Made by a program: the position numbers and the translations under genes | Assembly: GCA_038874135.1 (NCBI GenBank) | Contig: JAVZCZ010000001.1 | Coordinates: 256,001-320,000, forward strand | Reading direction: 5' to 3' | Length of the DNA stretch: 64,000 nt | From: Candidatus Woesearchaeota archaeon | GTDB taxonomy: Archaea; Nanobdellota; Nanobdellia; Woesearchaeales; 0-14-0-80-44-23 | Part shown: piece after piece, positions 30,499-40,094 of the stretch | How the letters are laid out: each line of letters begins with the position of its first letter | How positions within the stretch are numbered: the stretch's first letter is position 1 | The notes under the pieces: model-generated | What the model saw: only the letters and a program-made list of their open reading frames with translations | What the model was told of the DNA's origin: nothing | Database searches by the model: none

Positions 30499-31749
30499 TT
30501 ATTGAGTATTATTTTTAGTAAATTTTTTCCTCAGCTTTAGATATAATGCGGCACTTTTAAGTAAAAACCTTTGAGATTTAGTTAGTGACTTAACACGCTG
30601 ATGCATAGGTTCGTTCTGCCAGAGATTGTCACAAGTTTTTATACACTGAAATGGTACAAAGTAAGGATCTGTGAGTGGAAGGTGTGTTCCTTTATATCGG
30701 AATTCTTTTTGTAATTTATCTTCCCAGATTTGTTTGAATCTTTTTGAATATACATTACCCATGGGTTTTAAATAACCCTTGCAGCACGGCACTACATTTC
30801 CATTTGCCATAACTCTGGAAAACATCCATCCTGCATAACAAGGAATATGCTTTATAACAGATTCATCGTATATTCCTTTATCTGCTTTTTCACTTTTTAT
30901 TCTGCGTTCAAATTCTTCAAGAGCGACAACTTGTAGGGGATACTCTCTTTTTGGACTAGAAATTGTCTGAGTAGCAGGGTCTATTCTTTTTTTAAGCTCT
31001 TCTATTTCTTTGAGTAAGAAATTTCTCTCCTCATCTTTTAAAAGAAGAACGTCAGTTCTACCTTCTACAGGATCCATTGCTACGAACTGAACAGCTTCAC
31101 TTCCAGTTTCAAAAGCTAGTTCAACCATCTCATTAATTTCGTGGTAATTCTTATCAAATATTACGTTATAAAGTTTTATTGTTGGCTTTACCTTTCCAGT
31201 CTCTTTTTTATAATTATTAATAAATTTAAGAACTTTTACTATACGAGAAAAAGTTTCACCAGTTTGATTGGCATGTGTAGCTGCGTAAGTTTGAGGCGTG
31301 GCTGCCCACACACTTACAGTCATAAGGTCAACATTCCAATCTACTAATTTTCTAGCAATTTCTTCTGTTACTAAAGTAAAATTTGTATTAATGTCAAGTG
31401 CAAATCCTTTTTTTGTAGCATATTCTATGAGCTCCAAGGCATTTGGATGCATGAATGGTTCTCCACCGCCAACATATTTGAGCTGTCTAGTTCCCATAGA
31501 GTAGGCATCATCTAGAATTCCTTTAACAATTTCTGTAGGTAAAGTTTTTACTTGCTCTTCAGGAGTCATAAATTTATCTCTAAGCAGTGGAGAACGACAC
31601 CAGCACGCCAAACATTGATTGTTGCACATATTAGTTAAATCTATATGCAACATCTCTGGACCTTTGAATGCTTCTTTTCCATCTAACACTCCAACTAAGT
31701 CTAAATTATTTCTTATAAAGTTAGATAGTTTACTTATACTAACTTTCAT
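30499..31749 (-). CDS. Radical SAM protein with SPASM/Twitch-type C-terminus (paralog 1)
   Basis: CNNQCLACW, GGGEPF, PCYAGW...NGNVVPCC...CIKTCDN. Confidence 0.9.
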   Translation of the reverse strand: MKVSISKLSNFIRNNLDLVGVLDGKEAFKGPEMLHIDLTNMCNNQCLACWCRSPLLRDKFMTPEEQVKTLPTEIVKGILDDAYSMGTRQLKYVGGGEPFMHPNALELIEYATKKGFALDINTNFTLVTEEIARKLVDWNVDLMTVSVWAATPQTYAATHANQTGETFSRIVKVLKFINNYKKETGKVKPTIKLYNVIFDKNYHEINEMVELAFETGSEAVQFVAMDPVEGRTDVLLLKDEERNFLLKEIEELKKRIDPATQTISSPKREYPLQVVALEEFERRIKSEKADKGIYDESVIKHIPCYAGWMFSRVMANGNVVPCCKGYLKPMGNVYSKRFKQIWEDKLQKEFRYKGTHLPLTDPYFVPFQCIKTCDNLWQNEPMHQRVKSLTKSQRFLLKSAALYLKLRKKFTKNNTQ

Positions 31750-34700
31750 ATTTTTACCTCTCGTTTTAATTCGTGTTGATGAATTACAACATCTCTAGGT
31801 ATATTCGTAGTGTATACTACTAGATTAAGCTCTTTTAATATTTCTAATAATTCTTTCCCTCTTCTCATTCGGGTTTCATAGTTATCTCCATTTTTTGTAT
31901 ACCATGTTGCTGCTCTTTGGTCTTCATCTCCTTTAAAAAGTAGTCCATATTTTTCCTGATTTATATCCAGTTCAGAGTTTAGGTTTATACAAAGTGTATT
32001 AAGTGATCCAATCATGTGTAAGTATGGTGCATTCCTTTTTATAAAATTGATAGTTTCTTGGTAGTCTTCTTCTGTTTCTCCCGGAAATCCTACGATAATA
32101 TTAATAACAACTCCTATACCTGCACGATAGGTGTCTCGAATTACTCTTTCTGCTTCTTCAACAGTAAATAATTTTCCCATTTTTTTAAGAACGTTATTTG
32201 AACCACTTTCTATTCCATAAGTTAAAGCATTACATCCTGCTTTCCTCATCTTTAAAAGTAATTCATATGTCATACTTTTAAGTGCTATAGCTGAACCGCT
32301 CCAATTGATCTTAATCCCTGAAGCAATTACAAGATCACAGAATCTTTCCAAACTTTTTGTATTTCCATTCAAGAGTAAATCGTCAAAGTAAAACTGATTC
32401 ACTTTATTATGTTCAACATGGTATTTAACTTCTTGGAACATATTATCCCCACTACGCATTCTAAAAGGTCCCACTAAACTCCAATCATTACAGAATTTAC
32501 ATCTACTAATACACCCTCTGCTAAACAATAGCGGTAATGCTTCTTTATCTAAAGGATATCGTGAAAGATTAAACTCTTCAAAAGTTGGAAAAGGTATTTC
32601 ATCTAGATTTTTTATATAAGGACGGGGAATCAACTCAGAATAAGTTTTCCCATCAAAAACAACAGTTCCAGGTATATTTTTTAAACTCTCACCATTCCTA
32701 AATGCTCTTACAATTTCATAAAGGGTTTCTTCTCCTTCTCCAACGACAAAGATATCACATATTCCTTTAGGTACATATTCTTCTCTATCATGGCGCGTAA
32801 AAGTGCCTGGACCTCCAAAGATTATTATCTTGTTAGGATTTTTTTGTTTTATTTTTCTTGCAACTTCAATTGCAAACGGCCTATTAGCAAAGTGAGTTGT
32901 AAAACCGATTAAAGATATTTCTGTACTTATTATAGCTTCAACATATTTATCAACTTCTTTTTCGAATCGTTTTATAAGTTGTGGAAACAACTTTTTATTT
33001 ACCCAATAGGGATATGCATCAACATGCCACCACTTCTTATCTTCAGGAGAAGCATTTTGAAACAATTCAAGATTCATATCTAAAATTCCTGCTTTGTAAC
33101 CTTTGGCCCTCAAATAAGCTGATAAATAAGCTAGACTAAGAGGTGGAAATATTCCCCATGGAGGTGGCATAATTAGAAGAACATCAACTCCGTCAAATCT
33201 TTTTTTGAAATCAAAATCTATCGGTATAATATTTGAATCTTTTGCTGGATCATAAAAATATTTTGAGGTATCCCCGGTTGTATTTGAGTATTTATCTGAA
33301 ACTTTTGAAACATTTGTTTTTTTATTGATGAGAGAATGTATTCTATTGAGTGTATATATTAAACCATTGTCTTTTATGAGTCTAAAAATCGTTTTAAGAG
33401 TTCTATTTCTACGATTGCAGTGTTCATGCCATTTTGTTTCAATATTTTTGACGGCCATTTCAAGTTCTTGAGCTGAGAGGTAGTCTGTGCTTATTACGCT
33501 TTTGATGCTGCCATTATACTCACTCAGATTTTCAGTTATGAGTTTTTGCTGTTGTTTTAATTGTTCATAAAACTCAGTTCCTGGAAAGGGGGTAGCTATT
33601 GAAAACTGTGCTGAAAAAGGATCTATTTCATATAGGAATTTCTCAGTTTGAGATATGGTATCGTAGCTTTCTCCAGGAAGTCCAAAAGTAAATGTTAAGT
33701 GGACTCTTATTCCAAGCTTTTTAGTGAATAGAATATTCTTCTTAGCTATCTTCAAATTAAGATTTTTTTTAGAATTATCAACTATTTTTTGTGAGCCTGA
33801 TTCAATCCCGTATTTAATTGCCCACAACCCTGCCTTTTTCATTGCAATCAATATTTCTTCATCCATTAGGTCAGGTCTTGCCATTATTGCCCAGGGAACA
33901 TTCAATTTTCTACGCTCAATTTCTCTGCATAGTTCCAGCATTCTTTCTTTACCGATATTGAATGTATCGTCGTCAAAATAGATTGATTTGAAGCCCATTT
34001 TTTTGACTAGAAATTCCATCTCATTAACAACATCCTGTACACTTCTAATTCGGTAATTTCTTCCACTGTAAGCTATTTGAGGCCAGGCGCAGAATATGCA
34101 GTTAAAAGGGCATCCTCTACTCGCAAGCATTTGAGCACAGGGAAGAGGCATTTCTCCAGGAGAATCAAGGTATTTGTAAATAGGCACATCTCTTCTTTCA
34201 GGCCAGGGGAGCTCATCTAATCTACAAAGGGGACGCCGGTCTGTTCTTATTATAGATTCTGTTGTCCGGTATATTAAACCTTTTATTTTTTTGAAATCTG
34301 TTGTTTTTGTTTTTAGAGCTTCTGCAAGTTCTAGTAATGTGAATTCATACTCACCAAAAATGGCGAAATCTATAAAAGGGTAAGAGATGAGGAACTCATC
34401 CCTTATCTCTATGCTTGGAGCTGCAACCGCTATATAAGTGTTGATATCTTTCTTTATTTTTTCCAATAAGCACATATCATATTTTAAAGAGGGGGCTGAG
34501 GTTTCTGTGAATATCAGGTCTGGTCGGAATTCTCTTATTCTTTCTAAAAATTGGGCTTCGCTGATATCTTCAGCTATTGCATCGATAAGTTTTGCTTCAA
34601 AACCATATTTTTTTAGAAGTGATGTAGCATATCCTAAAAAGAAGGGATAGGGTAGATAATCGCCTTCTTCATTAGTTTTGAGGTGGGGCCATCTGCTACC

Positions 34701-34760
34701 TGCCCGCACGCCTTTTCTGCCTTCTTGCTCCCACGGAAGGTTTGCTAAAAGTATTTTCAT
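31746..34760 (-). CDS. Tandem fusion of two cobalamin-binding radical SAM modules
   Basis: Module 1 RAGSRWPH, SRGCPFNCIFC, FDDD, GIESG; module 2 PPLSLAYL, SRGCISRCKFC, FDDL, GIESG. Confidence 0.9.
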   Translation of the reverse strand: MKILLANLPWEQEGRKGVRAGSRWPHLKTNEEGDYLPYPFFLGYATSLLKKYGFEAKLIDAIAEDISEAQFLERIREFRPDLIFTETSAPSLKYDMCLLEKIKKDINTYIAVAAPSIEIRDEFLISYPFIDFAIFGEYEFTLLELAEALKTKTTDFKKIKGLIYRTTESIIRTDRRPLCRLDELPWPERRDVPIYKYLDSPGEMPLPCAQMLASRGCPFNCIFCAWPQIAYSGRNYRIRSVQDVVNEMEFLVKKMGFKSIYFDDDTFNIGKERMLELCREIERRKLNVPWAIMARPDLMDEEILIAMKKAGLWAIKYGIESGSQKIVDNSKKNLNLKIAKKNILFTKKLGIRVHLTFTFGLPGESYDTISQTEKFLYEIDPFSAQFSIATPFPGTEFYEQLKQQQKLITENLSEYNGSIKSVISTDYLSAQELEMAVKNIETKWHEHCNRRNRTLKTIFRLIKDNGLIYTLNRIHSLINKKTNVSKVSDKYSNTTGDTSKYFYDPAKDSNIIPIDFDFKKRFDGVDVLLIMPPPWGIFPPLSLAYLSAYLRAKGYKAGILDMNLELFQNASPEDKKWWHVDAYPYWVNKKLFPQLIKRFEKEVDKYVEAIISTEISLIGFTTHFANRPFAIEVARKIKQKNPNKIIIFGGPGTFTRHDREEYVPKGICDIFVVGEGEETLYEIVRAFRNGESLKNIPGTVVFDGKTYSELIPRPYIKNLDEIPFPTFEEFNLSRYPLDKEALPLLFSRGCISRCKFCNDWSLVGPFRMRSGDNMFQEVKYHVEHNKVNQFYFDDLLLNGNTKSLERFCDLVIASGIKINWSGSAIALKSMTYELLLKMRKAGCNALTYGIESGSNNVLKKMGKLFTVEEAERVIRDTYRAGIGVVINIIVGFPGETEEDYQETINFIKRNAPYLHMIGSLNTLCINLNSELDINQEKYGLLFKGDEDQRAATWYTKNGDNYETRMRRGKELLEILKELNLVVYTTNIPRDVVIHQHELKREVKI

Positions 34761-34780
34761 TTTTCAGAGAAAAAAGCACT

Positions 34781-34800
34781 ATGCTTATATATAAAACTTA
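34781..34800. promoter_or_regulatory. Putative bidirectional TATA between the divergent radical SAM and GT operons
   Basis: Palindrome TTATATATAA at 34785-34794, about 24 nt from ATG 34760 (-) and about 22 nt from ATG 34817 (+). Confidence 0.55.
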
Positions 34801-34816
34801 TTTTTATTATTTAAAA

Positions 34817-35665
34817 ATGAAAAAAGTAAAAAAGGTTTCCTTATACATCCCTGTTCTAAATCAGGAGAAATATCTAAAAAGGTGTCTTAAGGGCGTCCTA
34901 TCACAAGATTATCCTATTTCAGAGATCATAATAGTGGATAATGGTTCAACAGATAGCTCAATTAAAATCGTAAATCATTTTAGAAGAATAGATAAAAGAA
35001 TTAAGGTAGTTAGGGAAAAAGAGAGGGGATTGGCTAATGCGAGAAATGCTGCATTAAAAGCAGCTAAATCAACATTTATAGCGGCGGTAGATGCTGATTG
35101 TTTTCTAGAAAAGGATTGGCTTTCTAGAATTATGGCTAATTTTTCTGATAGAAAGATCGTTGGGGTTGGAGGTAAGCTTGTTGAAAATGATAAGTGGCGT
35201 GCTATTCATCTGAAACAGGAATGGGGAGAAGAGAAGTTGATAAATCCACCATTTCTGTTCGGATCAAATACTGTATTCAGAACAAAGGTGCTTAAGAGCG
35301 TTGGTGGATATAATCCCATTTTTAAAACAAATTATGAAGATGTAGACATGTCTAGAAAGTTATTATCTAAAAATTTCAAACTAGTGTATGAGCCTAAAGC
35401 AGTTGCTCATCATATGAAAGTGGACAAAACTTTTTCTCTTTTACGCACTGTTTGGGCTTGGGGGTTTTACGGAAATGAGCCTAAGAACTTTGCGGATATA
35501 CTGAAAAGAGTCATCTTTAATATCAAGATGCCCAGCAGTTTACTGTTTGAAGATTTAATAAATGGAAGGTTTACTTTTATTTTAACTGATCTACTCATAT
35601 TTTTTTCTAACCCTTTTTTTGATTTAAAATATTATGTAGAGTACATCAAAAACAGATATTTTTAA
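34817..35665 (+). CDS. GT2 glycosyltransferase (start moved to MKKVKK at 34817)
   Basis: VSLYIPVLN, VDNGSTD, VDAD, YEDVD; the track start 34742 would overlap the divergent gene. Confidence 0.88.
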   Translation: MKKVKKVSLYIPVLNQEKYLKRCLKGVLSQDYPISEIIIVDNGSTDSSIKIVNHFRRIDKRIKVVREKERGLANARNAALKAAKSTFIAAVDADCFLEKDWLSRIMANFSDRKIVGVGGKLVENDKWRAIHLKQEWGEEKLINPPFLFGSNTVFRTKVLKSVGGYNPIFKTNYEDVDMSRKLLSKNFKLVYEPKAVAHHMKVDKTFSLLRTVWAWGFYGNEPKNFADILKRVIFNIKMPSSLLFEDLINGRFTFILTDLLIFFSNPFFDLKYYVEYIKNRYF

Positions 35666-35668
35666 ATA

Positions 35669-37639
35669 ATGCATAAATCTAAATGCCAGATTATGAGCAG
35701 AGTAATATTTTTTTCGCACAAAAAGATTTTTGAAAACGGGAATAATTCTGCTTCAGACATTAGATTTTTAGAAATGGCAAAAGTTCTTGTTCAAAATAAT
35801 CATAAAGTAACGATTGCTGAAAAATTAAGAGAAAACGAAGAAGTCTTACTTGGAATAAGATTTGTTGGATGGAAAAATGTGCTTAGTTCTGACCTTTCAA
35901 AAGAGTATGATGTTGCAATAGTGCCAATTTGGACTACTGAGAAAGAAGTTCTAGACAGAATAAAAAATATAGCGATTGTAGTAGACGCGTATGCTCCAAT
36001 AGTTTTAGAGCAATCGAGTAGATATGCAAATAAAACGCCTAGTAGAAGAGAAGTTTCTGATTTTGTAAATTATGTTCTAACCAAATCCAATGTTTTATTA
36101 TCAATGGCTGATTTTATTATGTGTGCTGGAGATAGACAAAAATTGTACTATACAGGAATATTAAGCGCCCTTGGAAGGATCAACCCGTTTTCATATGAAG
36201 AAAAGCTTATTGAATCAGTTCCATCAGGAGTTCATCTCAAAAGACCAGTTAATAAAAAAGAAGTATTTAAGAAAATAATTGGTGAAAATAAAAGAATAGT
36301 TTTGTGGCCCTCTACAATATTTCCTTGGTTTGATGCAGAAACTGCAATAAGAGCAATGAAGATAGTTGCAGAGGAAGAAAAAGAAGCGGTACTGGTATTC
36401 TTAGGCGCAACTGGTTTACCGAAAGACAGTTTAGGATATGAGGAAGCTGAGGAAGCGAAAAAACTTGCTGAAAAAGAAGGAATTTTGAATAAAAATGTTT
36501 TCTTTATAGAAAGAATTCCGTATCAAGATGTGGAATCTGCTTATTTAGAGTCGGAGATAGCATTAATAACTTATCCGCCCGGATTTGAAACAGAGTTCGC
36601 ATTTAGAACTAGAACTATTCATTGTATGTGGGCGGGTTTGCCGGTTATCTGCTCTGAAGGTGATGAACTGGCTGAGATCATAAAAAGAGAAGGGCTCGGC
36701 GTAGTGGTTAAGCCTAAAGACCCTGAAGTACTTGCGAATTCAATAATAAGATTATTGAAAAATGAACAACTAAGAGCTGAAATTGCAAAGAATGGACAAG
36801 AATATGTGTTTAAGAATTTTAGTTGGGAAAAAGTGTGTAAGCCATTAGAAGATTTTTGCAGTAAGCCCCGGATTAGTGAGTCAAAAAACTTTTTGACACC
36901 CTATGCAATAATAGATGAAAAGAATAGATTAATATGGCAGTTAGAGGAACATCTTGAGGACTATAAATCAAAAGATGAAAAATCAAAACAAATAATACTG
37001 AAGAACGAGATGGAGATAGAAAAAGAGCAAAGAATAATTGAAGAGCAAAGTAAAGAAATAAAAAGAATAAGCAGAAAATCTGAGCAAGTTATAAATGAGT
37101 TAAATAAAGAGATCAAGAATAGAGTTAAACACATAGAAAGTTTAGAAATAACAATACAACAACAAAACCAAACAATCAAAAACCTAGAAAAAGAAATACA
37201 AAACAAAGAACAAACAATACAACAACAAAACCAAACAATCAAAAACCTAGAAAAAGAAATACAAAACAAAGAACAAACAATACAACAACAAAACCAAACA
37301 ATCAAAAACCTAGAAAAAGAAATACAAAACAAAGAACAAACAATACAACAACAAAACCAAACAATCAAAAACCTAGAAAAAGAAATACAAAACAAAGAAC
37401 AAACAATACAACAACAAAACCAAACAATCAAAAACCTAGAAAAAGAAATACAAAACAAAGAACAAACAATACAACAACAAAACCAAACAATCAAAAACCT
37501 AGAAAAAGAAATACAAAACAAAGAACAAACAATACAACAACAAAAAGAAAAACTAGATGAGATATTAAACTCGCGATGGTATAAGTTCGCTTCTAAAATT
37601 GATTCATTAAGCAAGAAATTAGGAATCATTAAAAAATAA
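35669..37639 (+). CDS. GT4 glycosyltransferase with long C-terminal repeat coiled coil
   Basis: FETEFAFRTR...WAGLPVI, FSWE; then (TIQQQNQTIKNLEKEIQNKEQ)x6 and amphipathic ILNSRWYKFASKI. Confidence 0.85.
   Translation: MHKSKCQIMSRVIFFSHKKIFENGNNSASDIRFLEMAKVLVQNNHKVTIAEKLRENEEVLLGIRFVGWKNVLSSDLSKEYDVAIVPIWTTEKEVLDRIKNIAIVVDAYAPIVLEQSSRYANKTPSRREVSDFVNYVLTKSNVLLSMADFIMCAGDRQKLYYTGILSALGRINPFSYEEKLIESVPSGVHLKRPVNKKEVFKKIIGENKRIVLWPSTIFPWFDAETAIRAMKIVAEEEKEAVLVFLGATGLPKDSLGYEEAEEAKKLAEKEGILNKNVFFIERIPYQDVESAYLESEIALITYPPGFETEFAFRTRTIHCMWAGLPVICSEGDELAEIIKREGLGVVVKPKDPEVLANSIIRLLKNEQLRAEIAKNGQEYVFKNFSWEKVCKPLEDFCSKPRISESKNFLTPYAIIDEKNRLIWQLEEHLEDYKSKDEKSKQIILKNEMEIEKEQRIIEEQSKEIKRISRKSEQVINELNKEIKNRVKHIESLEITIQQQNQTIKNLEKEIQNKEQTIQQQNQTIKNLEKEIQNKEQTIQQQNQTIKNLEKEIQNKEQTIQQQNQTIKNLEKEIQNKEQTIQQQNQTIKNLEKEIQNKEQTIQQQNQTIKNLEKEIQNKEQTIQQQKEKLDEILNSRWYKFASKIDSLSKKLGIIKK
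37151..37545 (+). repeat. Perfect 63-bp tandem repeat, 6 full copies plus 17 nt, in frame
   Basis: Unit acaatacaacaacaaaaccaaacaatcaaaaacctagaaaaagaaatacaaaacaaagaacaa, read directly. Confidence 0.95.
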
Positions 37640-37643
37640 GTGA

Positions 37644-38825
37644 TTAATGTTTTCTAAGAGACATTGCAGTTTCATACGCTTTTATAAGATTGTCTGTTGT
37701 AACATCCCAATTGTATTCCAACTCGGCTCTTTTTCTCGCTTCTTTTCCAAGCGTCTTTCTCATCTTTTCATCGTTTAAAAGAATTTTTATTCCTTTTGAA
37801 AGAGCTTCAACATCGCCTGCTTTAACCAGTATCCCTGCATTCCCCACCATTTTTTTAACTTCACCGACATCACTAGCCACTATCGCTTTTCCTGCTGCCA
37901 AGTATTCAACTATTTTAAGAGGGCTCTTACACCTTGTTATCCCATTATCCTCAAAGCATGCCACTGCAATATCTGAAGCTGCAAGGTATTTTGGAACTTC
38001 CTCATGAGTCACATAACCAGTAAAAATTATCCTATCGGAAATTTCTAATTTTTCTGCCAAAGAAGTTAGTTTATGGGCTTCAGTTCCCCAGCCTACTATC
38101 ATAAATGCTGCATCAGTTTTTTCATCAATAAGTTTTTTTGCAGCTCTTACAAAAAGCTCAGCATATTGAGCGCCATGCAATTGTCCTAGATATATTACAA
38201 CAGGAGTGTTATGTTTTATTTTGTATTTATCCCTAATTTCACTCCCATCTATTTTTGGATTAAACTTATTGAGATCTGCACCTACGTGAGCATCAAATAT
38301 TCTTTCTTCCCTAACACCTAAAGAGAGAGCCAGATTTTTAATACCATCACTCGCAACTGAAACAGTATCCACAAGCTTGGGAATAGTTCTTTCAACTAGG
38401 TTAAGATACTTTCCATAAAGCTGCGATGGAGGACTAAATAGATAAATTTGGTATTCCCAGTCATCCCAATCATAATGAACAGGCTTTCCAGCAAAATATG
38501 CCGCAAATATTGCCGGAAGAGATGCTATAGTAAAACATTTCTGGAAATGAATTACATCAGCCCACCTAGCAAGTTTATACATTTTATAAATATTTTTGAA
38601 TATTGCCCATTTGCGTCTTTTAAAAGGAATCACTTCAAAATTGAAACGGTAATTGTTTAGCAGTCCTCTCTCCTGTTCAGGTAGTGGAAAATATACCAGC
38701 TTAACCTCATGTCCCTTCTCAGTCAACTTTTGTGCAATTTCAGTTATCCTAACAGTCCAGGGCTCTTTAGTTGAATAGATATCGTGAGGATGAACCATCA
38801 ATATCTTCATTTTTAAACATCTCAT
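37644..38825 (-). CDS. GT4 glycosyltransferase
   Basis: YDWDDWE, KSPLKIVEYLAAGKAIVASDVG, YNW; start may be MKILMV at 38810. Confidence 0.9.
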   Translation of the reverse strand: MRCLKMKILMVHPHDIYSTKEPWTVRITEIAQKLTEKGHEVKLVYFPLPEQERGLLNNYRFNFEVIPFKRRKWAIFKNIYKMYKLARWADVIHFQKCFTIASLPAIFAAYFAGKPVHYDWDDWEYQIYLFSPPSQLYGKYLNLVERTIPKLVDTVSVASDGIKNLALSLGVREERIFDAHVGADLNKFNPKIDGSEIRDKYKIKHNTPVVIYLGQLHGAQYAELFVRAAKKLIDEKTDAAFMIVGWGTEAHKLTSLAEKLEISDRIIFTGYVTHEEVPKYLAASDIAVACFEDNGITRCKSPLKIVEYLAAGKAIVASDVGEVKKMVGNAGILVKAGDVEALSKGIKILLNDEKMRKTLGKEARKRAELEYNWDVTTDNLIKAYETAMSLRKH

Positions 38826-38954
38826 TTATGAGCCGGGAAATAAGCTAAATCCTTTTCGCTTCTCCCAAAGCCACATATAAACATCTACTACCAATGTGAG
38901 TATAAGCAGGTAAATTAAAACAAAAAACCCAATAATTCTGGAATAATTTTTCAT
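38826..38954 (-). CDS. Unannotated 42-aa single-TM microprotein
   Basis: MKNYSRIIGFFVLIYLLILTLVVDVYMWLWEKRKGFSLFPGS*; fills the gap, ATG 6 nt after the upstream stop and TAA abutting ATG 38825. Confidence 0.55.
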   Translation of the reverse strand: MKNYSRIIGFFVLIYLLILTLVVDVYMWLWEKRKGFSLFPGS

Positions 38955-38960
38955 TTGTAA

Positions 38961-40094
38961 CTACCTAATTAATCCTTTTGCTTTTGCTTCAGCATATGCC
39001 TTATCAAACTCATCCCGGGAATTAACTGAATTAGACCACCTAACCAGATCTTTTAAACCTTCCTCAAGAGTAACTCTCGGCATAAAATCTAGTCTGGATT
39101 TTAATTTGGATATGTCGGCAAAACAGTGCCTGACATCGCCCGGTCTAAATGTTTCTCTAATATCCGGCTTTAGATTGGCTCCATAGATTGAGATAAGCCT
39201 TTCAGCAACTTCTTTTATCGGAGTTGGAGTTCCTGAACCAACATTAAAAATCTGGTAATCCGCATTTTTTGATTCAAGAGAACGCACACAAACTTCTGCA
39301 ACATCATATACTGATATGAAATCTCTAGTCTGAAGCCCGTCTTCATTAATTACGGGCGGGTTTCCACTTTTTATTCTACTCATAAAAATAGCAGTAACTC
39401 CAGTATAAGGATTGTTAAGAGATTGCCTGGGACCATAAACATTAAAGAACCTAAGCGAAACAGATTTTATTCCATAAGTTGAACCAACTGTCATCACCAT
39501 ATCCTCCTGAGTTCTCTTGTTAATTGAATAGATTGAATTAGGAAAAGTATAATCATCTTCTGAAATGGCTACCGGAGTAATCTTACCATTGCATTTAGGA
39601 CATAAAGGCTCCCAGATTTTTCTTTGAAGCTGCTCAACACTACGCAGCCCAGGCCTAACAAAGCCGCACTTCTCGCAGTAATACTTTCCCTCACCATAAC
39701 TGCTCATACTGGCAGCCACTATTATTTTTTTAACATTATTTTTTTTATTTATGATAAAATCAAGAAGGTTAGCTGTTCCCAGTACAGTATTATCTACATA
39801 ATCATAAATTTTATACATGCTCTGAGCCACTCCAACAGAAGCCGCAAAATGAAAAACTGCATCAACATCTTTCAGTGCCTTTTTCACATCATTTTTATTT
39901 CTCACATCTCCCCGAATAAACTCAGCATTCTGGTTTAAATAATCCGGCACCCCGCTGGGATGAACCTGCGGATCTAAGTTGTCTAAAATTCTCACATCAT
40001 AACCACGCTCAACAAGTTTGTCCACTACGAAGCTACCTATAAAGCCTGCTCCACCTGTAACGAGAACATTCATTTTTTCACCTTCCCAATTCAA
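38961..40094 (-). CDS. NAD-dependent epimerase/dehydratase with CxxC...CxxC insert
   Basis: VTGGAGFIGS, YSINK, RFFNVYGP, RDFI; CEKC...CPKC. Confidence 0.9.
   Translation of the reverse strand: MNWEGEKMNVLVTGGAGFIGSFVVDKLVERGYDVRILDNLDPQVHPSGVPDYLNQNAEFIRGDVRNKNDVKKALKDVDAVFHFAASVGVAQSMYKIYDYVDNTVLGTANLLDFIINKKNNVKKIIVAASMSSYGEGKYYCEKCGFVRPGLRSVEQLQRKIWEPLCPKCNGKITPVAISEDDYTFPNSIYSINKRTQEDMVMTVGSTYGIKSVSLRFFNVYGPRQSLNNPYTGVTAIFMSRIKSGNPPVINEDGLQTRDFISVYDVAEVCVRSLESKNADYQIFNVGSGTPTPIKEVAERLISIYGANLKPDIRETFRPGDVRHCFADISKLKSRLDFMPRVTLEEGLKDLVRWSNSVNSRDEFDKAYAEAKAKGLIR

Noticed and set aside
34742-34816. Head-to-head overlap of the GT2 and radical SAM genes
   Set aside because: Artefact of longest-ORF start choice; ATG 34817 with a shared TATA explains the region
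37151-37545. CRISPR array
   Set aside because: Units are contiguous and identical with no spacers, lie in frame within a CDS, and no cas genes are present
36961-37629. 222-aa Cys-rich antisense ORF (CCCIVCSLFC repeats) resembling a RiPP or metallothionein
   Set aside because: It is the reverse complement of the A/C-rich repeat, which has no stops in that frame; the plus strand encodes a coherent GT4 coiled coil
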